Assembly (NCBI GenBank): GCA_051362555.1
Contig: JBPQGU010000016.1
Coordinates: 62,001-126,000 of the forward strand
Source of the DNA: Lingula anatina
Taxonomy: Eukaryota; Animalia; Brachiopoda
Reading direction: 5' to 3'
DNA: 64,000 nucleotides
Part shown: in pieces, positions 1 through 11,100 of the stretch
How the letters are laid out: each line of letters opens with the position of its first letter
How positions within the stretch are numbered: the stretch's first letter is position 1
Notes under the pieces: model-generated
What the model was told of the DNA's origin: nothing
Database searches by the model: none
The model's input: only the letters and a program-made list of their open reading frames with translations
Program-made: the position numbers and the translations under genes

Positions 1-536
1 ACAAGTTGGATCGTATTCATTGATAGGCCTGCTCTGTACATTCCTAGTAATAAAGATGACTTCGGATGCTGTTATTTTCATTTGGTTTTGCATTGAGATA
101 ACGTTTGGTTTCACCTTTGACGTTGTAGAGCACGATGACGTCCACAGCCGTTCACACCTCGGCGGTTTTAGTATTGAGTAGTCTTTACTCTTTCCAGTGT
201 CGACTGCGGACATGCCCCGGGAAGTGTATGAACATATGAACAGTCTTGAGAACCAAGGGCCCAAGACAGGAAAGGAGGGGCTTAAAAAGACGAAACGGGT
301 GCCTGATAAAAGGAGTGGAGGTGACGCGACTTTTGTATAAAATCAAAAGTTTTCTCTCTGCTAATCCCAGCAAAAAGATGGCACATTTTGATGGAATGCA
401 AGCCATACGGAGTTAGCTATAGCTCAATTTAAGTTCAAGATCTGTGGCACCAATATAATGACTTTTAAGTGAAGAGAAAAGAAATATAATTGTCGACGCA
501 GATGTAAACTTTCTCAAGTATACCGTATTATTATGC

Positions 537-738
537 AAAAGGTAATTTGCTAAGTCCCACGGGCGCCCTCATTCGTTCTCGTCTGGTGGCATCCCGATTC
601 AGGGGCCAGGTCGTTGTCGTGATGGACTGACCTGCCTCATCCGGGACTCGAACCCGTGACTTTGCGTTACCAAGGTTGATGACGCTTTGGATGTGTCATT
701 TGCATCCATGCACGCTACCGACTGCTCCGTGACTGAAA
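537..738 (-). ncRNA. Cassette A (copy 1; present in every unit): tRNA-like Pol III type-2 unit with structured 3' tail
   Basis: Minus strand shows an A-box-like CGGAGCAGTCGG (729-718) followed by TAGC, and a perfect B box GGTTCGAGTCC (654-644) inside a CGGG/CCCG T-arm. Two hairpins lie between the boxes (TGGATG/CATCCA; GCGT/ACGC). TATAA is at 773-769 and the first T4 at 540-537. The acceptor stem does not close, so it is not a canonical tRNA. Transcript ends are inferred. Confidence 0.5.
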
Positions 739-811
739 CGCCCACCCTCCGTACGTGCGAGTTTCCTCTTATAGTAATCAATCGCAATTTTAAAAAAAAA
801 TTAAATCCGGC

Positions 812-908
812 AATAATATTGTCACAGTAGCTGCTGGGACTCGAACCGGCGTTCGAGCGACTGCCTGCATGCAAGACGGGAGAGTTACCACGCAGCCACG
901 ACAGCTCC
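812..908 (-). ncRNA. Cassette B (copy 1; present in every unit): vault-RNA-like / tRNA-Ala-derived Pol III unit
   Basis: A box TGGCTGCGTGG (898-888), B box GGTTCGAGTCC (847-837), central CCCGT-CTTGCAT-GCAGG arm. The 5' and 3' ends pair as a panhandle. In copies 1-2 the T5 terminator reads TTATT, with a longer T run just downstream. Confidence 0.55.
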
Positions 909-3900
909 TTTGTGGCGAAGTAATCGGATGGAAACTTTCAACCTCGTCACCGAAGGCGCCAGATTGGGTGCACATGTGTAGCCCTGCTGTCGCAATCGAT
1001 AATCCGGGTGTCGCATTTCGGCCCACGCAACCCCAGTCCCCGACATGAACGGTAAAATTCATGATGTACACGAAGCCGTGTTTGACAACCCGACTCGGAG
1101 CTCGGAGTTTGTTATATACTAAGATTGATTTTGGCTTTACCCATGATATTAAAGAGTACAGTGGGATCAGAGGCGGTGCACAACCGACGGGTTTTACTTT
1201 TAGCGAGACCATATAGGAGGAGAGAATTAATTTAAAAAAAAAAATACATTCAAGTGTTTAATTACTGGCGCGATTGCAGCCTTGGAAAATTTCGCGTAAA
1301 ACATATTTGGCAAAGAATTCCGCCGAGGAGATATCGTTTTTCTATCGAACACGGTTAACAGGTGGTATGACGTGCTGTTATACCGGAAAAGCTACAGAAT
1401 CGAAACAAGTTGGATCGTATTCATTGATAGGCCTGCTCTGTACATTCCTAGTAATAAAGATGACTTCGGATGCTGTTATTTTCATTTGGTTTTGCATTGA
1501 GATAACGTTTGGTTTCACCTTTGACGTTGTAGAGCACGATGACGTCCACAGCCGTTCACACCTCGGCGGTTTTAGTATTGAGTAGTCTTTACTCTTTCCA
1601 GTGTCGACTGCGGACATGCCCCGGGTAGTGTATGAACATATGAACAGTCTTGAGAACCAAGGGCCCAAGACAGGAAAGGAGGGGCTTAAAAAGACGAAAC
1701 GGGTGCCTGATAAAAGGAGTGGAGGTGACGCGACTTTTGTATAAAATCAAAAGTTTTCTCTCTGCTAATCCCAGCAAAAAGATGGCACATTTTGATGGAA
1801 TGCAAGCCATACGGAGTTAGCTATAGCTCAATTGAAGTTCAAGATCTGTGGCACCAATATAATGACTTTTAAGTGAAGAGAAAAGAAATATAATTGTCGA
1901 CGCAGATGTAAACTTTCTCAAGTATACCGTATTATTATGCAAAAGGTAATTTGCTAAGTCCCACGGGCGCCCTCATTCGTTCTCGTCTGGTGGCATCCCG
2001 ATTCAGGGGCCAGGTCGTTGTCGTGATGGACTGACCTGCCTCATCCGGGACTCGAACCCGTGACTTTGCGTTACCAAGGTTGATGACGCTTTGGATGTGT
2101 CATTTGCATCCATGCACGCTACCGACTGCTCCGTGACTGACCCGCCCACCCTCCGTACGTGCGAGTTTCCTCTTATAGTAATCAATCGCAATTTTAAAAA
2201 AAAATTAAATCCGGCAATAATATTGTCACAGTAGCTGCTGGGACTCGGACCGGCGTTCGAGCGACTGCCTGCATGCAAGACGGGAGAGTTACCACGCAGC
2301 CACGACAGCTCCGTTGTGGCGAAGTAATCGGATGGAAACTTTCAACCTCGTCACCGAAGGCGCCAGATTGGGTGCACATGTATAGCCCTGCTGTCGCAAT
2401 CGATAATCCGGGTGCCGCATTTCGGCCCACGCAACCCCAGTCCCCGACATGAACGGTAAAATTCATGATGTACACGAAGCCGTGTTTGACAACCCGACTC
2501 GGAGCTCGGAGTTTGTTTTATACTAAGATTGATTTTGGCTTTACCCATGATATTAAAGAGTACAGTGGGATCAGAGGCGGTGCACAACCGACGGGTTTTA
2601 CTTTTAGCGAGACCATATAGGAGGAGAGAATTAATTAAAAAAAAATACATTCAAGTGTTTAATTACTGGCGCGATTGCAGCCTTGGAAAATTTCGCGTAA
2701 AACATATTTGGCAAAGAATTCCGCCGAGGAGATATCGTTTTTCTATCGAACACGGTTAACAGGTGGTATGACGTGCTGTTATACCGGAAAAGCTACAGAA
2801 TCGAAACAAGTTGGATCGTATTCATTGATAGGCCTGCTCTGTACATTCCTAGTAATAAAGATGACTTCGGATGCTGTTATTTTCATTTGGTTTTGCATTG
2901 AGATAACGTTTGGTTTCACCTTTGACGTTGTAGAGCACGATGACGTCCACAGCCGTTCACACCTCGGCGGTTTTAGTATTGAGTAGTCTTTACTCTTTCC
3001 AGTGTCGACTGCGGACATGCCCCGGGAAGTGTATGAACATATGAACAGTCTTGAGAACCAAGGGCCCAAGACAGGAAAGGAGGGGCTTAAAAAGACGAAA
3101 CGGGTGCCTGATAAAAGGAGTGGAGGTGACGCGACTTTTGTATAAAATCAAAAGTTTTCTCTCTGCTAATCCCAGCAAAAAGATGGCACATTTTGATGGA
3201 ATGCAAGCCATACGGAGTTAGCTATAGCTCAATTGAAGTTCAAGATCTGTGGCACCAATATAATGACTTTTAAGTGAAGAGAAAAGAAATATAATTGTCG
3301 ACGCAGATGTAAACTTTCTCAAGTATACCGTATTATTATGCAAAAGGTAATTTGCTAAGTCCCACGGGCGCCCTCATTCGTTCTCGTCTGGTGGCATCCC
3401 GATTCAGGGGCCAGGTCGTTGTCGTGATGGACTGACCTGCCTCATCCGGGACTCGAACCCGTGACTTTGCGTTACCAAGGTTGATGACGCTTTGGATGTG
3501 TCATTTGCATCCATGCACGCTACCGACTGCTCCGTGACTGACCCGCCCACCCTCCGTACGTGCGAGTTTCCTCTTATAGTAATCAATCGCAATTTTTAAA
3601 AAGTTAATTCCGGCAAAAATATTGTCACAGTAGCTGCTGGGACTCGAACCGGCGTTCGAGCGACTGCCTGCATGCAAGACGGGAGAGTTACCACGCAGCC
3701 ATGACAGCTCCGTTGTGGCGATGTAATCGGATGGAAACTTTCAACCTCGTCACGGAAGGCGCCAGATTGGGTGCACATGTGTAGCCCTGCTGTCGCAATC
3801 GATAATCCGGGTGCCGCATTTCGGCCCACGCAACCCCAGTCCCCGACATGAACGGTAAAATTCATGAGGTACACGAAGCCGTGTTTGACAACCCGACTCG

Positions 3901-5017
3901 GAGCTCGGAGTTTGTTTTATACTAAGATTGATTTTGGCTTTACCCATGATATTAAAGAGTACAGTGGGATCAGAGGCGGTGCACAACCGACGGGTTTTAC
4001 TTTTAGCGAGACCATATAGGAGGAGAGAATTAATAATAATAAAAAAAATACATTCAAGTGTTTAATTACTGGCGCGATTGCAGCCTTGGAAAATTTCGCG
4101 TAAAACATATTTGGCAAAGAATTCCGCCGAGGAGATATCGTTTTTCTATCGAACACGGTTAACAGGTGGTATGACGTGCTGTTATACCGGAAAAGCTACA
4201 GAATCGAAACAAGTTGGATCGTATTCATTGATAGGCCTGCTCTGTACATTCCTAGTAATAAAGATGACTTCGGATGCTGTTATTTTCATTTGGTTTTGCA
4301 TTGAGATAACGTTTGGTTTCACCTTTGACGTTGTAGAGCACGATGACGTCCACAGCCGTTCACACCTCGGCGGTTTTAGTATTGAGTAGTCTTTACTCTT
4401 TCCAGTGTCGACTGCGGACATGCCCCGGGAAGTGTATGAACATATGAACAGTCTTGAGAACCAAGGGCCCAAGACAGGAAAGGAGGGGCTTAAAAAGACG
4501 AAACGGGTGCCTGATAAAAGGAGTGGAGGTGACGCGACTTTTGTATAAAATCAAAAGTTTTCTCTCTGCTAATCCCAGCAAAAAGATGGCACATTTTGAC
4601 GGAATGCAAGCCATACGGAGTTAGCTATAGCTCAATTTAAGTTCAAGATCTGTGGCACCAATATAATGACTTTTAAGTGAAGAGAAAAGAAATATAATTG
4701 TCGACGCAGATGTAAACTTTCTAAAGTATACCGTATTATTATGCAAAAGGTAATTTGCTAAGTCCCACGGACGTCCTCATTCGTTCTCGTCTGGTGGCAT
4801 CCCGATTCAGGGGCCAGGTCGTTGTCGTGATGGACTGACCTGCCTCATCCGGGACTCGAACCCGTGACTTTGCGTTACCAAGGTTGATGACGCTTTGGAT
4901 GTGTCATTTGCATCCATGCACGCTACCGACTGCTCCGTGACTGACCCGCCCACCCTCCGTACGTGCGAGTTTCCTCTTATAGTAATCAATCGCAATTTTT
5001 AAAAAGTTAATTCTGGC

Positions 5018-5114
5018 AAAAATATTGTCACAGTAGCTGCTGGGACTCGAACCGGCGTTCGAGCGACTGCCTGCATGCAAGACAGGAGAGTTACCACGCA
5101 GCCACGACAGCTCC
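5018..5114 (-). ncRNA. Cassette B, representative intact copy (perfect central stem, T5 terminator)
   Basis: Minus strand reads GGAGCTGTCGTGGCTGCGTGGTAACTCTCCTGTCTTGCATGCAGGCAGTCGCTCGAACGCCGGTTCGAGTCCCAGCAGCTACTGTGACAATATTTTT. A box 5104-5094, B box 5053-5043, T5 5022-5018. Confidence 0.55.
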
Positions 5115-8100
5115 TTAGTGGCGAAGTAATCGGATGGAAACTTTCAACCTCGTCACCGAAGGCGCCAGATTGGGTGCACATGTGTAGTCCTGCTGTCGCA
5201 ATCGATAATCCGGGTGCCGCATTTCGGCCCACGCAACCCCAGTCACCGACATGAACGGTAAAATTCATGATGTACACGAAGCCGTGTTTGACAACCCGAC
5301 TCGGAGCTCGGAGTTTGTTTTATACTAAGATTGATTTTGGCTTTACCCATGATATTAAAGAGTACAGTGGGATCAGAGGCGGTGCACAACCGACGGGTTT
5401 TACTTTTAGCGAGACCATATAGGAGGAGAGAATTAATAATAATAAAAAAAAATACATTCAAGTGTTTAATTACTGGCGCGATTGCAGCCCTGGAAAATTT
5501 CGCGTAAAACATATTTGGCAAAGAATTCCGCCGAGGAGATATCGTTTTTCTATCGAACACGGTTAACAGGTGGTATGACGTGCTGTTATACCGGAAAAGC
5601 TACAGAATCGAAACAAGTTGGATCGTATTCATTGATAGGCCTGCTCTGTACATTCCTAGTAATAAAGATGACTTCGGATGCTGTTATTTTCATTTGGTTT
5701 TGCATTGAGATAACGTTTGGTTTCACCTTTGACGTTGTAGAGCACGATGACGTCCACAGCCGTTCACACCTCGGCGGTTTTAGTATTGAGTAGTCTTTAC
5801 TCTTTCCAGTGTCGACTGCGGACATGCCCCGGGAAGTGTATGAACATATGAACAGTCTTGAGAACCAAGGGCCCAAGACAGGAAAGGAGGGGCTTAAAAA
5901 GACGAAACGGGTGCCTGATAAAAGGAGTGGAGGTGACGCGACTTTTGTATAAAATCAAAAGTTTTCTCTCTGCTAATCCCAGCAAAAAGATGGCACATTT
6001 TGACGGAATGCAAGCCATACGGAGTTAGCTATAGCTCAATTTAAGTTCAAGATCTGTGGCACCAATATAATGACTTTTAAGTGAAGAGAAAAGAAATATA
6101 ATTGTCGACGCAGATGTAAACTTTCTAAAGTATACCGTATTATTATGCAAAAGGTAATTTGCTAAGTCCCACGGGCGCCCTCATTCGTTCTCGTCTGGTG
6201 GCATCCCGATTCAGGGGCCAGGTCGTTGTCGTGATGGACTGACCTGCCTCATCCGGGACTCGAACCCGTGACTTTGCGTTACCAAGGTTGATGACGCTTT
6301 GGATGTGTCATTTGCATCCATGCACGCTACCGACTGCTCCGTGACTGACCCGCCCACCCTCCGTACGTGCGAGTTTCCTCTTATAGTAATCAATCGCAAT
6401 TTTTAAAAAGTTAATTCCGGCAAAAATATTGTCACAGTAGCTGCTGGGACTCGAACCGGCGTTCGAGCGACTGCCTGCATGCAAGACAGGAGAGTTACCA
6501 CGCAGCCACGACAGCTCCTTAGTGGCGAAGTAATCGGATGGAAACTTTCAACCTCGTCACCGAAGGCGCCAGATTGGGTGCACATGTGTAGTCCTGCTGT
6601 CGCAATCGATAATCCGGGTGCCGCATTTCGGCCCACGCAACCCCAGTCACCGACATGAACGGTAAAATTCATGATGTACACGAAGCCGTGTTTGACAACC
6701 CGACTCGGAGCTCGGAGTTTGTTTTATACTAAGATTGATTTTGGCTTTACCCATGATATTAAAGAGTACAGTGGGATCAGAGGCGGTGCACAACCGACGG
6801 GTTTTACTTTTAGCGAGACCATATAGGAGGAGAGAATTAATTAAAAAAAAAATACATTCAAGTGTTTAATTACTGGCGCGATTGCAGCCTTGGAAAATTT
6901 CGCGTAAAACATATTTGGCAAAGAATTCCGCCGAGGAGATATCGTTTTTCTATCGAACACGGTTAACAGGTGGTATGACGTGCTGTTATACCGGAAAAGC
7001 TACAGAATCGAAACAAGTTGGATCGTATTCATTGATAGGCCTGCTCTGTACATTCCTAGTAATAAAGATGACTTCGGATGCTGTTATTTTCATTTGGTTT
7101 TGCATTGAGATAACGTTTGGTTTCACCTTTGACGTTGTAGAGCACGATGACGTCCACAGCCGTTCACACCTCGGCGGTTTTAGTATTGAGTAGTCTTTAC
7201 TCTTTCCAGTGTCGACTGCGGACATGCCCCGGGAAGTGTATGAACATATGAACAGTCTTGAGAACCAAGGGCCCAAGACAGGAAAGGAGGGGCTTAAAAA
7301 GACGAAACGGGTGCCTGATAAAAGGAGTGGAGGTGACGCGACTTTTGTATAAAATCAAAAGTTTTCTCTCTGCTAATCCCAGCAAAAAGATGGCACATTT
7401 TGACGGAATGCAAGCCATACGGAGTTAGCTATAGCTCAATTTAAGTTCAAGATCTGTGGCACCAATATAATGACTTTTAAGTGAAGAGAAAAGAAATATA
7501 ATTGTCGACGCAGATGTAAACTTTCTAAAGTATACCGTATTATTATGCAAAAGGTAATTTGCTAAGTCCCACGGGCGCCCTCATTCGTTCTCGTCTGGTG
7601 GCATCCCGATTCAGGGGCCAGGTCGTTGTCGTGATGGACTGACCTGCCTCATCCGGGACTCGAACCCGTGACTTTGCGTTACCAAGGTTGATGACGCTTT
7701 GGATGTGTCATTTGCATCCATGCACGCTACCGACTGCTCCGTGACTGACCCGCCCACCCTCCGTACGTGCGAGTTTCCTCTTATAGTAATCAATCGCAAT
7801 TTTTAAAAAGTTAATTCCGGCAAAAATATTGTCACAGTAGCTGCTGGGACTCGAACCGGCGTTCGAGCGACTGCCTGCATGCAAGACAGGAGAGTTACCA
7901 CGCAGCCACGACAGCTCCTTAGTGGCGAAGTAATCGGATGGAAACTTTCAACCTCGTCACCGAAGGCGCCAGATTGGGTGCACATGTGTAGTCCTGCTGT
8001 CGCAATCGATAATCCGGGTGCCGCATTTCGGCCCACGCAACCCCAGTCACCGACATGAACGGTAAAATTCATGATGTACACGAAGCCGTGTTTGACAACC

Positions 8101-11100
8101 CGACTCGGAGCTCGGAGTTTGTTTTATACTAAGATTGATTTTGGCTTTACCCATGATATTAAAGAGTACAGTGGGATCAGAGGCGGTGCACAACCGACGG
8201 GTTTTACTTTTAGCGAGACCATATAGGAGGAGAGAATTAATTAAAAAAAAAATACATTCAAGTGTTTAATTACTGGCGCGATTGCAGCCTTGGAAAATTT
8301 CGCGTAAAACATATTTGGCAAAGAATTCCGCCGAGGAGATATCGTTTTTCTATCGAACACGGTTAACAGGTGGTATGACGTGCTGTTATACCGGAAAAGC
8401 TACAGAATCGAAACAAGTTGGATCGTATTCATTGATAGGCCTGCTCTGTACATTCCTAGTAATAAAGATGACTTCGGATGCTGTTATTTTCATTTGGTTT
8501 TGCATTGAGATAACGTTTGGTTTCACCTTTGACGTTGTAGAGCACGATGACGTCCACAGCCGTTCACACCTCGGCGGTTTTAGTATTGAGTAGTCTTTAC
8601 TCTTTCCAGTGTCGACTGCGGACATGCCCCGGGAAGTGTATGAACATATGAACAGTCTTGAGAACCAAGGGCCCAAGACAGGAAAGGAGGGGCTTAAAAA
8701 GACGAAACGGGTGCCTGATAAAAGGAGTGGAGGTGACGCGACTTTTGTATAAAATCAAAAGTTTTCTCTCTGCTAATCCCAGCAAAAAGATGGCACATTT
8801 TGATGGAATGCAAGCCATACGGAGTTAGCTATAGCTCAATTGAAGTTCAAGATCTGTGGCACCAATATAATGACTTTTAAGTGAAGAGAAAAGAAATATA
8901 ATTGTCGACGCAGATGTAAACTTTCTCAAGTATACCGTATTATTATGCAAAAGGTAATTTGCTAAGTCCCACGGGCGCCCTCATTCGTTCTCGTCTGGTG
9001 GCATCCCGATTCAGGGGCCAGGTCGTTGTCGTGATGGACTGACCTGCCTCATCCGGGACTCGAACCCGTGACTTTGCGTTACCAAGGTTGATGACGCTTT
9101 GGATGTGTCATTTGCATCCATGCACGCTGCCGACTGCTCCGTGACTGACCCGCCCACCCTCCGTACGTGCGAGTTTCCTCTTTTTGTAATCAATCGCAAT
9201 TTTTAAAAAGTTAATTCCGGCAAAAATATTGTCACAGTAGCTGCTGGGACTCGAACCGGCGTTCGAGCGACTGCCTGCATGCAAGACGGGAGAGTTACCA
9301 CGCAGCCATGACAGCTCCGTTGTGGCGATGTAATCGGATGGAAACTTTCAACCTCGTCACGGAAGGCGCCAGATTGGGTGCACATGTGTAGCCCTGCTGT
9401 CGCAATCGATAATCCGGGTGCCGCATTTCGGCCCACGCAACCCCAGTCCCCGACATGAACGGTAAAATTCATGATGTACACGAAGCCGTGTTTGACAACC
9501 CGACTCGGAGCTCGGAGTTTGTTTTATACTAAGATTGATTTTGGCTTTACCCATGATATTAAAGAGTACAGTGGGATCAGAGGCGGTGCACAACCGACGG
9601 GTTTTACTTTTAGCGAGACCATATAGGAGGAGAGCATTAATAATAATAAAAAAAATACATTCAAGTGTTTAATTACTGGCGCGATTGCAGCCTTGGAAAA
9701 TTTCGCGTAAAACATATTTGGCAAAGAATTCCGCCGAGGAGATATCGTTTTTCTATCGAACACGGTTAACAGGTGGTATGACGTGCTGTTATACCGGAAA
9801 AGCTACAGAATCGAAACAAGTTGGATCGTATTCATTGATAGGCCTGCTCTGTACATTCCTAGTAATAAAGATGACTTCGGATGCTGTTATTTTCATTTGG
9901 TTTTGCATTGAGATAACGTTTGGTTTCACCTTTGACGTTGTAGAGCACGATGACGTCCACAGCCGTTCACACCTCGGCGGTTTTAGTATTGAGTAGTCTT
10001 TACTCTTTCCAGTGTCGACTGCGGACATGCCCCGGGAAGTGTATGAACATTTGAACAGTCTTGAGAACCAAGGGCCCAAGACAGGAAAGGAGGGGCTTAA
10101 AAAGACGAAACGGGTGCCTGATAAAAGGAGTGGAGGTGACGCGACTTTTGTATAAAATCAAAAGTTTTCTCTCTGCTAATCCCAGCAAAAAGATGGCACA
10201 TTTTGACGGAATGCAAGCCATACGGAGTTAGCTATAGCTCAATTTAAGTTCAAGATCTGTGGCACCAATATAATGACTTTTAAGTGAAGAGAAAAGAAAT
10301 ATAATTGTCGACGCAGATGTAAACTTTCTAAAGTATACCGTATTATTATGCAAAAGGTAATTTGCTAAGTCCCACGGACGTCCTCATTCGTTCTCGTCTG
10401 GTGGCATCCCGATTCAGGGGCCAGGTCGTTGTCGTGATGGACTGACCTGCCTCATCCGGGACTCGAACCCGTGACTTTGCGTTACCAAGGTTGATGACGC
10501 TTTGGATGTGTCATTTGCATCCATGCACGCTACCGACTGCTCCGTGACTGACCCGCCCACCCTCCGTACGTGCGAGTTTCCTCTTATAGTAATCAATCGC
10601 AATTTTTAAAAAGTTAATTCCGGCAAAAATATTGTCACAGTAGCTGCTGGGACTCGAACCGGCGTTCGAGCGACTGCCTGCATGCAAGACAGGAGAGTTA
10701 CCACGCAGCCACGACAGCTCCTTAGTGGCGAAGTAATCGGATGGAAACTTTCAACCTCGTCACCGAAGGCGCCAGATTGGGTGCACATGTGTAGTCCTGC
10801 TGTCGCAATCGATAATCCGGGTGCCGCATTTCGGCCCACGCAACCCCAGTCACCGACATGAACGGTAAAATTCATGATGTACACGAAGCCGTGTTTGACA
10901 ACCCGACTCGGAGCTCGGAGTTTGTTTTATACTAAGATTGATTTTGGCTTTACCCATGATATTAAAGAGTACAGTGGGATCAGAGGCGGTGCACAACCGA
11001 CGGGTTTTACTTTTAGCGAGACCATATAGGAGGAGAGAATTAATAATAATAAAAAAAAAATACATTCAAGTGTTTAATTACTGGCGCGATTGCAGCCCTG

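Noticed and set aside
180-330. Twister-ribozyme-like words (ggcccaag, gataaaag, agtggagg, gaggg)
   Set aside because: No UAA cleavage loop or P4 stem can be placed in the required order.
557-590. Minimal hammerhead ribozyme on the minus strand (CCAC-CAGACGA-GAAC-GAAT...GTGG)
   Set aside because: The core deviates (CAGACGA, not CUGANGA; GAAU, not GAAA) and there is no A15.1-U16.1 pair or NUH cleavage triplet.
644-908. Cassettes A and B as functional tRNA genes
   Set aside because: Acceptor and D stems do not close in register and the T-stem of B has only 2 bp. Reported as tRNA-like ncRNA instead.
1113-1205. U6 5'-like atatactaagattg, Sm-like gattttgg and flatworm SL-like aaccgacgggttttact
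   Set aside because: Short isolated matches with no ACAGAGA box or splice donor. The U6-like word is best only in unit 1.
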